A stretch of DNA of 64,000 nt from an uncultured Acidimicrobiales bacterium (GTDB lineage Bacteria > Actinomycetota > Acidimicrobiia > Acidimicrobiales > Hopanoidiivorantaceae): contig OY282367.1 of assembly GCA_958295755.1 (NCBI GenBank), positions 204,294 through 268,293 of the forward strand. Reading direction: 5' to 3'. This document shows positions 47,769 through 56,650 of the stretch, in pieces. The notes below the pieces were generated by a model that saw only the letters and a program-made list of their open reading frames with translations, searched no databases and had not been told where the DNA came from. Every line of letters begins with the position of its first letter. Position 1 is the stretch's first letter. The position numbers and the translations under genes are program-made.

Positions 47769-49024
47769 TGTCTGTTCTGCGAACTTCGGGAGCGGAGCGG
47801 ATCTTCCGCCGAGACGCCGCAAGCCCTGTGCTGCGCGACCTTGAAGCAGGCCCGTCTCGTGAAGGCACGATGATCGTCAACATGGGGCCGCAGCACCCTA
47901 GCACTCACGGCGTGCTGCGACTACTGCTAGAGCTAGACGGCGAGGTTGTGGTGCGCTCTAAACCCATCATCGGCTATCTCCACACAGGTATGGAAAAGAC
48001 AGGCGAGACTCTAACCTACTTGCAAGGTCCTACCAATGTAACCCGCATGGATTACGCCGCGCCGCTGTTTAACGAGCTGGTGTTTTCACTAGCTACCGAA
48101 GAGTTGCTGGGGATGGAAATCCCTCCTCGAGCTACCTGGATCAGAATGCTTCTCTGTGAGCTGAATCGTATGAGCTCACATCTGCTCTTTCAAGCCACCA
48201 ACGGGATGGATATCGGAGCGGTCTCAATGATGTTATACGGCTGGCGTGAGCGTGAAGAAGTGCTGCGACTGTTGGAAGAAATCACCGGATTGCGTATGAA
48301 TCACAACTACATTCGCCCCGGCGGAGTAGCGGCCGACTTGCCCGACGGTTGGGAAGAAGCCGTGCTGCGGGTGTGCGATACGGTGGAGCCTCGCCTAGAG
48401 GAATACGATGTGCTATTGACCAGCCAACCTATCTGGAGGGAGCGGCTGCAAGGTGTGGGGGTGATTTCTACTGAGGAGTGCCTAGCTCTAGGCGTAACTG
48501 GCCCCATCTTGCGCTCCACAGGGTATGCCTGGGATCTTCGCAGCAACATGGCGTATCTTGCCTATGAGGATGTGGATTTTGATGTGCTGGTAGGTAGTTA
48601 CGGGGATTGTTTCGACCGTTATGCCATCCGTCTGAATGAAATCCGAGAGTCCATACGGATGGTGCGCCAGATAGTTGAGAAGATGCCCAAGGGCGACTAC
48701 CGCACGCAAGACAAAAAGGTAACCCCGCCGCCGAGGGCGAGGATAGACGAATCTATGGAAGCTTTGATTCATCATTTCAAAATCTTTACTGAAGGTTTCA
48801 AGGTGCCCGAAGGTGAGGTGTATGTTGCGGTGGAGTCGCCGAGGGGCGAGTTGGGTTGTTATCTGGTGAGCGACGGCTCTTCCAAACCTATGCGCATTCA
48901 CATTCGTGCCCCCAGTTTTGTTAATTTGCAGGCTTTGCCTTACATGATGGAAGGAGCTTTGGTGGCTGATGCTGTAGCTATAATCTCCTCAGTAGATCCA
49001 ATAATGGGTGAGGTTGACAGATGA
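47768..49024 (+). CDS. nuoD: NADH-quinone oxidoreductase subunit D
   Basis: NMGPQHPSTHGVLRL, GYLHTGMEK, ESPRGELG, DPIMGEVDR; TAATG overlap places the start at 47768. Confidence 0.97.
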   Translation: MSVLRTSGAERIFRRDAASPVLRDLEAGPSREGTMIVNMGPQHPSTHGVLRLLLELDGEVVVRSKPIIGYLHTGMEKTGETLTYLQGPTNVTRMDYAAPLFNELVFSLATEELLGMEIPPRATWIRMLLCELNRMSSHLLFQATNGMDIGAVSMMLYGWREREEVLRLLEEITGLRMNHNYIRPGGVAADLPDGWEEAVLRVCDTVEPRLEEYDVLLTSQPIWRERLQGVGVISTEECLALGVTGPILRSTGYAWDLRSNMAYLAYEDVDFDVLVGSYGDCFDRYAIRLNEIRESIRMVRQIVEKMPKGDYRTQDKKVTPPPRARIDESMEALIHHFKIFTEGFKVPEGEVYVAVESPRGELGCYLVSDGSSKPMRIHIRAPSFVNLQALPYMMEGALVADAVAIISSVDPIMGEVDR

Positions 49025-49145
49025 TGGCTTTTCGCTTGCAGTGCTTTTCTCATTCGCAAGACTTTCTGTCTCGCTTTCTGCAGTGCTCTCTGCCTCGCTC
49101 TTCCCGTCTGGCTGTCTTCCATTTTCAATCCTTCCAAGAATCAAT

Positions 49146-49745
49146 ATGAGCCGTTTTATTGACGAAAATTTGCGGCTTGCTCGCGAGATCATCGCCCGCT
49201 ATCCCAAGCCCCGTTCGGCGATGATACCTCTGTTGCATTTGGCTCAAGAGCAAAACGGGTATGTTCCTCAAGATGCGATGGAAGAAGTGGCTGAACTAGT
49301 TGGAGTTTCCTCTGCCGAGGTGCTTGGCACTTTGTCGTTCTATGAGATGTTCAAGCAAATTCAGCCGGGACGCTATCAAGTCAATATCTGTCACGGCATC
49401 TCGTGTTTCTTGTGCGGGGCGGGGGAGCTGCTATCTCACGCCGAAGAAAAACTAGGTATCAAATCAGGTGGCACCACTCCCGATGGTATGTTTTCGTTAG
49501 AAGCTGTGGAATGCATCGCGGCTTGCACCGAAGCTCCCGCGCTGCAAGTCAACTACCGCTATTCGCATCGCAGCACTTCTGAGGGGTTTGATGAATTAGT
49601 AGACGCTCTAGCTGCCGGTGACCGCACTGACATTCCTGAACACGGCATATTGGCAACCGTCCGCCAGCGCATCCCGTCTGAACGAGCAGCCGGAGCATCG
49701 TCTCCTGATGTTTCGGAAGTTCCCGTCTGGTTAGGGGAGGGGTGA
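49146..49745 (+). CDS. nuoE: NADH-quinone oxidoreductase subunit E
   Basis: YPKPRSAMIPLLHLAQ, CHGISC, ECIAACTEAP; start moved to ATG 49146. Confidence 0.95.
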   Translation: MSRFIDENLRLAREIIARYPKPRSAMIPLLHLAQEQNGYVPQDAMEEVAELVGVSSAEVLGTLSFYEMFKQIQPGRYQVNICHGISCFLCGAGELLSHAEEKLGIKSGGTTPDGMFSLEAVECIAACTEAPALQVNYRYSHRSTSEGFDELVDALAAGDRTDIPEHGILATVRQRIPSERAAGASSPDVSEVPVWLGEG

Positions 49746-49746
49746 T

Positions 49747-51063
49747 ATGGCAGTTGACCACATCATCACTAAGCGTTTCAACATTGTTGACGCTCACACC
49801 CTGGACGGCTATCTCGCATCGGGTGGTTACAGAGGTCTCCGCCGGGCTTTGGAGATGGTGCCTTCCGATGTCCACGAAGAAGTAAAGACTGCCAGCCTTT
49901 TAGGGCGAGGTGGTGCAGGCTTTCCAGCCGGTGTGAAATGGGGTTTTTGTCCGCCCGGTGTGTGGCCTCGCTACCTCGTGGTGAATGGCGATGAAAGCGA
50001 ACCCGGCACCTACAAAGACCGCCTCTTGATGGAGCGCGACCCTCATCAGCTAATAGAGGGTTGTTTGATTGCGAGTTACGCCTTGGGTCTGTCGCAGTGT
50101 TTTCTGTATGTTCGAGGCGAGATGGCGGAGGCTCAAGAACGAGTGGCTGCCGCTTTGAACGAAGCCTACGAAGCGGGCTATATTGGCAAGAATATTTGTG
50201 GCACCGACTTCTCGGTAGATATCGTTCTTCATTGGGGTGCCGGCGCATATATAGTCGGCGAAGAAACAGCCCTGCTGGAGAGTTTGGAAGGGCGTCGCGG
50301 TATGCCTCGTCTGAAGCCGCCAGCTTTTCCAGCGTCATTTGGTCTCTATGGCAAACCGACCATCGTCAACAATGTGGAAACCCTGTCTAATCTCCCTTGG
50401 ATTATTGAGCACGGTGGCGCAGCTTTCGCCGAGTTGGGCGGCGAGCAGTCCACAGGTACGAGAATGTTTGCCGTGTCGGGGCATGTAAAGCGGCCGGGGG
50501 TATATGAGGTGGAGTTTGGTGTTACAACTTTTAGAGAAATCATCTATGCCGATGAATACGCTGGCGGTATTGCTGGTGGGCGGGAGTTGAAGTGCTTCAT
50601 TCCGGGCGGAGCTTCAGCCCCATGGTTTTACGAAGAGCACCTAGATTTGCCGCTAGATAAAGCCACCGTAGATCAAGCAGGCTCGATGCTTGGTTCGGGC
50701 GCAATAGTGGTGATGGATGAGACGACTGATGCTGTGGCTGCTTGCCACAATCTAGTGCGCTTCTTTGCCCGTGAGTCGTGTGGCAAGTGCACTCCCTGTC
50801 GTGAAGGCACAGCTTGGATGGAGCAAATCCTGTCGCGTGTCCTTCACCGCCAAGCTCGTCCTGACGATTTAGATTTGCTGCTGGATATCTGCGACAATAT
50901 CAGCCCCGGTTTCGCCTGGCCCCCCAAGATGACTACTATTTGCCCTCTAGGCCCTTCCGCTGTCTCCCCCGTAATCTCCGCCTTGGGCCGTTTCAAGGAC
51001 GAATTCGAAACCTACATAGCCCAATCCCAAGCCCGCCCCCGCATCCCCGTAGCCTCGGGATAG
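49747..51063 (+). CDS. nuoF: NADH-quinone oxidoreductase subunit F
   Basis: GRGGAGFP, NGDESEPGTYKDR, GAGAYIVGEETALLESLEG, ESCGKCTPCREG, ICPLG. Confidence 0.97.
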   Translation: MAVDHIITKRFNIVDAHTLDGYLASGGYRGLRRALEMVPSDVHEEVKTASLLGRGGAGFPAGVKWGFCPPGVWPRYLVVNGDESEPGTYKDRLLMERDPHQLIEGCLIASYALGLSQCFLYVRGEMAEAQERVAAALNEAYEAGYIGKNICGTDFSVDIVLHWGAGAYIVGEETALLESLEGRRGMPRLKPPAFPASFGLYGKPTIVNNVETLSNLPWIIEHGGAAFAELGGEQSTGTRMFAVSGHVKRPGVYEVEFGVTTFREIIYADEYAGGIAGGRELKCFIPGGASAPWFYEEHLDLPLDKATVDQAGSMLGSGAIVVMDETTDAVAACHNLVRFFARESCGKCTPCREGTAWMEQILSRVLHRQARPDDLDLLLDICDNISPGFAWPPKMTTICPLGPSAVSPVISALGRFKDEFETYIAQSQARPRIPVASG

Positions 51064-51132
51064 TTAGATCTCCAGTAGCTCCATATCTAGCCAGTAGCTC
51101 CGCTTTCCCCTCCGTTCGTGATTCAGGGTGTG

Positions 51133-51285
51133 TCAAGCCCCGAAGATGTGATAGTGATCTGGGGCATCCCATAGGAATTCAGGGATTGGGATACCATCAA
51201 TTGTTGGAGGCTCCCTGTCTTGTTCGTTATCTTGCTTGTTCCCCTTGTGCTCAGATGACTGGGGTTCTTCTGGTGCTTTGGTCAT
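51133..51285 (-). CDS. 50-aa peptide, copy 1 (MTKAPEEPQSSEHKGNKQDNEQDREPPTIDGIPIPEFLWDAPDHYHIFGA)
   Basis: AGGAGG 6 nt upstream of the ATG, overlapping the TGA of the upstream 3-TM gene; reading frame conserved in four copies. Confidence 0.8.
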   Translation of the reverse strand: MTKAPEEPQSSEHKGNKQDNEQDREPPTIDGIPIPEFLWDAPDHYHIFGA

Positions 51286-51296
51286 GGCACGCCTCC

Positions 51297-51755
51297 TCAT
51301 GAATGAATTATAGTTGCAGCTACTAGGAAGAGCAAGGCAAGCACCCAAAGGTTTACCCACCATAGATATTGTCGCCGTTTTCTGAGAAAAGAGTTTGCGG
51401 CTAGTTTTCTGTCAAGCTGCACCACCTTTCGCTTTTGAACAGCTATCTCTAGTTTTTCGGTGCCAATTTTTCCCTGTGAGAAAAGTCTGGTTTTGTAAGA
51501 TCGAGGGTAGAACACGAAAGCAAACCCTGGGACGACAGCGACAGCTCCGAAGATAGCAAAGGTGGTAAGCAGTAACACAGAATTCGTGTTCCACGCTCGG
51601 CTAAACAGGGGCGGGTATGCCAGCAGAGCAGGAACCGAGAACCCCAGTAACCACTGACATCGGTTAGTTAGAAATCGAGCATCAGTTTGAACCTGCCCAA
51701 GTTGCCTACGCTCTTCGTCGTATTTTGCCTCTTCGACATAAATTTTCGCATCCAC
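51297..51755 (-). CDS. Three-TM membrane protein, allele 1 (PycTM/DUF5706-like topology)
   Basis: 152 aa from the GTG shared with allele 2; TM1 WLLGFSVPALLAY, TM2 ending FYPR, basic helix NSFLRKRRQYL, then TM3. Confidence 0.75.
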   Translation of the reverse strand: MDAKIYVEEAKYDEERRQLGQVQTDARFLTNRCQWLLGFSVPALLAYPPLFSRAWNTNSVLLLTTFAIFGAVAVVPGFAFVFYPRSYKTRLFSQGKIGTEKLEIAVQKRKVVQLDRKLAANSFLRKRRQYLWWVNLWVLALLFLVAATIIHS

Positions 51756-51882
51756 ACGAAGAACCTTAGAGCAGGATGACTGCAGAACCCGCTCTGGTTT
51801 TTCGAGGCGGAAAGACATGGCTGGGAGATGGTTCGTGAATTCTGGAGTCCAGCCGCTAATAGCGAATCGAGTGGGTCTCTAC

Positions 51883-51920
51883 CCCAAGCCCGCCCCCGCA
51901 TCCCCGTAGCCTCGGGGTAG
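51883..51920 (+). pseudogene. nuoF 3'-end copy (38 bp), start of a ~340-bp duplication of 51026-51345
   Basis: cccaagcccgcccccgcatccccgtagcctcggggtag followed by the same trailer ttagatctccagtagctcc. Confidence 0.9.
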
Positions 51921-52007
51921 TTAGATCTCCAGTAGCTCCATATCTAGCTAGTAGCTCCGCTTTTCCCCGTAGATCCGCTTTCCCCTCCGTTCGTGATTCA
52001 GGGTGCG

Positions 52008-52160
52008 TCAAGCCCCGAAGATGTGATAGTGATCGGGGGCATCCCACAGGAATTCAGGGATTGGAATACCATCAATTGTTGGGGGTTCCCTGTCTTGTTC
52101 GTTATCTTGCTTGCTCCCCTTGTGCTCAGATGACTGGGCTTCTTCTGATGCTTTGGTCAT
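52008..52160 (-). CDS. 50-aa peptide, copy 2 (…WDAPDHYHIFGA); only the last ~16 codons of its 3-TM partner remain
   Basis: Intact ORF with AGGAGG; synonymous change CCA>CCC; absent from the ORF track because of its length. Confidence 0.7.
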   Translation of the reverse strand: MTKASEEAQSSEHKGSKQDNEQDREPPTIDGIPIPEFLWDAPDHYHIFGA

Positions 52161-52225
52161 GGCACGCCTCCTCATGAATGAATTATAGTTGCAGCTGCTA
52201 GGAAGAGCAAGGCAAGCACCTGATT

Positions 52226-52320
52226 TCAGCAGTCCAAACGAAGTAAATCGGTGGGGGTTTCTCGGCGGATTACTTGGCGAGGTGTGCCGTTGGAGGTGAA
52301 GATTACGGGTGGGGGCGGGG
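52226..52320 (-). pseudogene. lysA 3'-end copy (95 bp) ending ...LLRLDC*
   Basis: Matches 57697-57790 with a different terminal codon. Confidence 0.88.
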
Positions 52321-52436
52321 CTGGCTCATCGCAGGTGGGTCTAGTAGATAACTGGCGAGAGGAAAGGATGAGGGGGTAATGATGATTTAGGGCTGGGAAG
52401 CGTAATGCTTATCACACCCCTGACTACTATGGAATT

Positions 52437-53807
52437 ATGACACAGACAGCAAACCCAATTAGTACAGCCTCTAGGGGATCTGAACAGATATCTCAGGCTT
52501 TTCATCCCCCTCGTAAAGGTGACTTTGTAGGCAGTACTATGAAGAGCAGGAACGTAAACGCTATACGCGATGAGGACACTGCGGTGCATAGATGGTATCG
52601 TTTTGTGCTTTCATTTCCACCACATCTTGTTAGGCATTACTTGGAAGATTTTTGTGTCGACACAGGAGAGTTGGTATTTGATCCATTTTGTGGCACTGGG
52701 ACCACTCTTGTTGAATGTCAGAAACTTGGAATTCCGAGTTTTGGGTTAGAAGCCATGCCTATGTCACACTTTGCCAGCAAAGTAAAAACCAACTGGGCGT
52801 TTGAGCCACTGGGAATGAAGAAGTTCTCAGGCAAGGTGAGTGCAGAGGCAGAACACTTGCTGAAGAATCTGCCTGACCCATCTGAATACAAGAAGCTCTC
52901 TTCAGAGAAAGAAAAGCTCTTGATTAGTGGGTCCATCAGCTCTCTTCCGCTTCATCGTTTATTGACGCTTTTTGAGATTCTTAGTGACGCGCGGCGGAAT
53001 GGAGGTGGTAAGTTTTGTGATCATGCTCAGCTTGCTTTGGCTAAAGTAGCAGTGGCAGATGCTAGCAATCTACGATTTGGACCAGAAGTTGGTGTTGGTG
53101 TTAAGAAATCAGATGCTGAAGTAGTGACTGCTTGGCAAAAAAGAATGGAAGAAATAGCAGACGACATTAGTGAGATTGGGGAGTACGATGGCGGTAAAGC
53201 TACTGTATTTCGAGGGGACGCTCGTCAGATACCTTGCGTGCTGGAAAGTGAATCGGTTAATGCAGTCATTACTTCGCCACCTTATCCCAATGAGAAGGAT
53301 TACTCTCGAACAACACGTTTGGAGTCGGTGCTTTTAGGGTTTGCATCTGATAATGAAGATTTGCGAAAGGTAAAGAAAAGTCTGGTGCGATCTAATACGA
53401 GAAGTATCTATAAGGATGACGAAGATGAATTTTGGGTTTCTAGGAATTTGGAAGTCTGTCGAATATCTGAAGAGATAGAGGCAAGACGTATAGCTCTTGG
53501 CAAGACATCAGGATTTGAACGCAACTATGCTAGAGTGGCCAGAAATTACTTTGGAGGAATGGCAAGGCATCTGGAAAGTCTAAAACAAGTATTGAGGCCA
53601 GGAGCTAAGTTGGCATATGTGGTGGGCGATCAAGCGTCATATATGCAGGTGATGATTCGCACTGGGAACATTCTGGCTGGCATAGCTGAAACACTCGGAT
53701 ATGAGGTGGACCGACTTGATTTATTTCGAGTCCGTAGAGCAACAGCCACAGGTGAGAATCTGAGAGAAGAAGTGCTAGTTCTCAAATGGCCCGGTAGGAG
53801 GTTATGA
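52437..53807 (+). CDS. Type II DNA methyltransferase, probably N4-cytosine
   Basis: Motif I DPFCGTGTT N-terminal to motif IV TSPPY; HRWYRF N-terminal motif; lower GC than flanks; TACTAT 6 nt before ATG. Confidence 0.9.
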   Translation: MTQTANPISTASRGSEQISQAFHPPRKGDFVGSTMKSRNVNAIRDEDTAVHRWYRFVLSFPPHLVRHYLEDFCVDTGELVFDPFCGTGTTLVECQKLGIPSFGLEAMPMSHFASKVKTNWAFEPLGMKKFSGKVSAEAEHLLKNLPDPSEYKKLSSEKEKLLISGSISSLPLHRLLTLFEILSDARRNGGGKFCDHAQLALAKVAVADASNLRFGPEVGVGVKKSDAEVVTAWQKRMEEIADDISEIGEYDGGKATVFRGDARQIPCVLESESVNAVITSPPYPNEKDYSRTTRLESVLLGFASDNEDLRKVKKSLVRSNTRSIYKDDEDEFWVSRNLEVCRISEEIEARRIALGKTSGFERNYARVARNYFGGMARHLESLKQVLRPGAKLAYVVGDQASYMQVMIRTGNILAGIAETLGYEVDRLDLFRVRRATATGENLREEVLVLKWPGRRL

Positions 53808-53810
53808 ACC

Positions 53811-54563
53811 ATGGCTGGTCTCACAAACTATGACAAAATCATTACTTGGATTTTCAAAACCAAGTTCAAAGCAGGTGATGTAGAGGTTTCCTTTCAGAGA
53901 GAAGATATTGCAGTGGCAGCGAAAACTTTGCGCTTGAAGATTCCGAAGAACCTTGGGGATGTACCATATACATTTAGATATCGTAGATCGTTGCCCGAAG
54001 AGATCGCTAGCAAAGCCCCTAAAGGTAGGGTTTGGCATATTATTGGCACTGGTACAGCTCAGTATTCATTCATTGCGAGAGTGCCACTAAATTTGGAACC
54101 AAAAGAAGATATGGTAGCTACAAAGATTCCAGATGCTACACCTGATCTAATCAAACAATACGCTTTAAATGATGAACAAGCACTCTTAGCAAGACTGAGA
54201 TATGCAAGATTGATTGATCTATTTTTAGGTTTGGTTTGCTATCCACTCCAAAGCCATCTCCGCACTACGGTCAGCGGAATAGGACAAATTGAAACTGACG
54301 ATCTATATATTGGCATAGATCATAAAGGTGTACACTATGTTATCCCTGTGCAGGCAAAGGGAGCTAAAGATTATTTGAGTGAAATTCAGATTGAGCAAGA
54401 TATTGCCATGTGCCAAGACAAGTTTCCCAACCTCGCCTGCATTCCAGTGGCTACCAAATTTTGTGAGAAAGAAGTCATAGTGCTGTTTTCATTTAGTTTA
54501 GATTGTGACGGACTTTCAGTCCTTTCTGAAAAACACTACAGATTGACTCCGTTGAAGAAATAA
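53811..54563 (+). CDS. Putative type II restriction endonuclease (PD-(D/E)xK-like)
   Basis: Starts 3 nt after the MTase stop; IETDDLYIG...PVQAK catalytic-like spacing; AT-rich. Confidence 0.75.
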   Translation: MAGLTNYDKIITWIFKTKFKAGDVEVSFQREDIAVAAKTLRLKIPKNLGDVPYTFRYRRSLPEEIASKAPKGRVWHIIGTGTAQYSFIARVPLNLEPKEDMVATKIPDATPDLIKQYALNDEQALLARLRYARLIDLFLGLVCYPLQSHLRTTVSGIGQIETDDLYIGIDHKGVHYVIPVQAKGAKDYLSEIQIEQDIAMCQDKFPNLACIPVATKFCEKEVIVLFSFSLDCDGLSVLSEKHYRLTPLKK

Positions 54564-54653
54564 ACCAAATTTGAATTGGAGCTATAAATTTATAAACTAT
54601 GGTTTTTGAGGAATAGCACCAAATTTGATTAAGAGCAAGGCAAGCACCTGATT

Positions 54654-54948
54654 TCAGCAGTCTAGGCGGAGGAGGTCGGTGGGGGTTTCTCGGCGGATTA
54701 CTTGGCGGGGGGTGCCGTTGGAGGTGAAGATTACGGGCGGGGGCGGGGGATTTTGTTGTAGTTGGATCCCGGAGTAGCCGTAGGCACCGGTTACGGGGGT
54801 GGCTATGATGTCGCCTATTTGGAGGTCGGCGGGGAGGTGGGCTTTGTCTACTAGCACATCGCCTGATTCGCAGTGTTTGCCTACTATGCGCGCTTGGAGG
54901 GGGCGGTCGGCGTTTGTAGCTCGGGGGAGGAAAGCTTCGTAGCCGCTA
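54654..54948 (-). pseudogene. lysA 3'-end copy (295 bp) with compensating -2/+2 frameshifts, ending ...LLRLDC*
   Basis: Matches 57697-57991 (GYEAFLPR...VTGAYGYS...RRETPTDLLRLD). Confidence 0.92.
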
Positions 54949-54952
54949 TTGT

Positions 54953-55055
54953 TGTCTCCCCCGTAATCTCCGCCTTGGGCCGTTTCAAGGACGAATTCGA
55001 AACCTACATAGCCCAATCCCAAGCCCGCCCCCGCATCCCCGTAGCCTCAGGATAA
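54953..55055 (+). pseudogene. nuoF 3'-end copy (103 bp)
   Basis: Matches 50961-51063 (VSPVISALGRFKDEFETYIAQSQARPRIPVASG*); joined back-to-back with the lysA fragment through ttgt. Confidence 0.92.
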
Positions 55056-55078
55056 CAGCCACACTGGTCTGGGATGTG

Positions 55079-55252
55079 TCAAGCCCCGAAGATGTGATAG
55101 TGATCTGGGGCATCCCACAGGAATTCAGGGATTGGAATACCATCAATTGTTGGAGGTTCCCTGTCTTGTTCGTTATCTTGCTTGCTCCCCTTGTGCTCAG
55201 ACTTGCTCCCTTTGTGCTCAGATGATTGGGCTTCTTCTGGTGCTTTGGTCAT
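55079..55252 (-). CDS. 57-aa peptide, copy 3 (SEHKGSK duplicated; …WDAPDHYHIFGA)
   Basis: AGGAGG RBS; in-frame 21-bp duplication. Confidence 0.75.
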   Translation of the reverse strand: MTKAPEEAQSSEHKGSKSEHKGSKQDNEQDREPPTIDGIPIPEFLWDAPDHYHIFGA

Positions 55253-55263
55253 GGCACGCCTCC

Positions 55264-55520
55264 TCATGAATGAATTATAGTTGCAGCTACTAGGAAGAGC
55301 AAGGCAAGCACCCAAAGGTTTACCCACCATTCGTACCGCTATTGCGCTTTGTGCAGCGATGCCGAGGCTATTTTTCTGTCAAGCTGCACCACCTTTCGCT
55401 TTTGAACAGCTATCTCTAGTTTTTCGGGGCCAATTTTTCCCTGTGAGAAAAGTCTGGTTTTGTAAGATCGAGGGTAGAACACGAAAGCAAACCCTGGGAC
55501 GACAGCGACAGCTCCGATGC
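55264..55520 (-). pseudogene. Mosaic/disrupted copy of the 3-TM gene
   Basis: Allele-1-like GAVAVVPGFAFVFYPRSYKTRLFSQGKIG...DRK, then unrelated IASASLHKAQ*RYE with an in-frame TAG, then the normal TM3; N-terminus replaced. Confidence 0.8.
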
Positions 55521-55585
55521 CAGAAATGGCACTAGCCTAGGTAATCCCATAGCCAACCCGAAACCCACCCCTGAAAGAAGAAGCA

Positions 55586-56110
55586 ATGCCAGATAGAAGC
55601 CAAGAAGCAAACTCTGAGAAGCCCCCAAGCAACCTATCGCGATTTTTCTGGAGGCACTTTGGAGGCGTACTTCAGCCCTCCTCCAAGTCAGCAGAAGAGA
55701 AGAGGGAAGGCAACCTGCTAGATGTCTGCTACTGGCTTTCTTGCTTCAATGTTTGGCTAGGGGCTATTGGGTTTGGGATAGGGTTGGGAGGTTGGCTGCT
55801 TTCTACTTGGCTGGCAGAAGAAGAGTGGAGTGTGGGTGGTCCACTAGCAGCATTATCTCTCTTCTGGGGAGTTTGGAGTTTGCTTTGGGCTATTCTTTGG
55901 AAGTCAGCAGTCAATTCTTCTGAGGCCAAGTATCAACACCGTAAGAAGCTAGAAACCCAGCAAGAGCAGAGGCAGAGCTTAGAGGCTCAGCAGGCTTCTC
56001 TGTTAGCCCAGCAGCAAGCCTTCCTAGCTCAACAGCAAGAATGGCTAGCAAAGCAGCAAGAAGTCTCCCAGCCGAGCCAGCCTCCTAGTTCTGGGGCTGA
56101 GAGCAAGTAA
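55586..56110 (+). CDS. Orphan two-TM protein with Gln-rich coiled-coil tail (start uncertain)
   Basis: Two hydrophobic Trp/Gly-rich segments; heptads LEAQQAS LLAQQQA FLAQQQE WLAKQQE. Confidence 0.6.
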   Translation: MPDRSQEANSEKPPSNLSRFFWRHFGGVLQPSSKSAEEKREGNLLDVCYWLSCFNVWLGAIGFGIGLGGWLLSTWLAEEEWSVGGPLAALSLFWGVWSLLWAILWKSAVNSSEAKYQHRKKLETQQEQRQSLEAQQASLLAQQQAFLAQQQEWLAKQQEVSQPSQPPSSGAESK

Positions 56111-56268
56111 GAGATGACTGCTGAGCTAGCGGCTGGTTGGGAGAGGGAGTAGCTGAACATTCTGCCAGAAATGTGCCCAGAAGCTAAAAGAGCGATAACC
56201 ACTGACAGCTAGGGGTTGCACTGTCATATTGAGTTAGCGGAAGGTTGTTCTGAGCAGTTAGCAGACTT

Positions 56269-56442
56269 TGCGACAATATCAGCCCCGGTTTAGCCTGGCC
56301 CCCCAAGATGACTACTATTTGCCCTCTAGGCCCTTCCGCTGTCTCCCCCGTAATCTCCGCCTTGAGCCGTTTCAAGGACGAATTCGAAACCTACATAGCC
56401 CAATCCCCAGCCCGCCCCCGCATCCCCGTAGCCTCGGGATAA
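56269..56442 (+). pseudogene. nuoF 3'-end copy (174 bp)
   Basis: Matches 50890-51063 with a few substitutions; stop TAA. Confidence 0.92.
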
Positions 56443-56465
56443 CCGCCACACTGGTCTGGGATGTG

Positions 56466-56639
56466 TCAAGCCCCGAAGATGTGATAGCGTGGAGGGGCAT
56501 CCCACAGGAATTCAGGGATTGGAATACCATCAATTGTTGGAGGTTCCCTGTCTTGTTCGTTATCTTGCTTGCTCCCCTTGTGCTCAGACTTGCTCCCCTT
56601 GTGCTCAGATGACTGGGCTTCTTCTGATGCTTTGGTCAT
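56466..56639 (-). CDS. 57-aa peptide, copy 4, variant …WDAPPRYHIFGA
   Basis: AGGAGG RBS; changes clustered in the DH>PR codons. Confidence 0.78.
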   Translation of the reverse strand: MTKASEEAQSSEHKGSKSEHKGSKQDNEQDREPPTIDGIPIPEFLWDAPPRYHIFGA

Positions 56640-56650
56640 GGCACGCCTCC

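Noticed and set aside
54654..55055. 122-aa (minus) and 60-aa (plus) ORFs as real genes
   Set aside because: They are chimeras of back-to-back lysA and nuoF fragments read through the junction.
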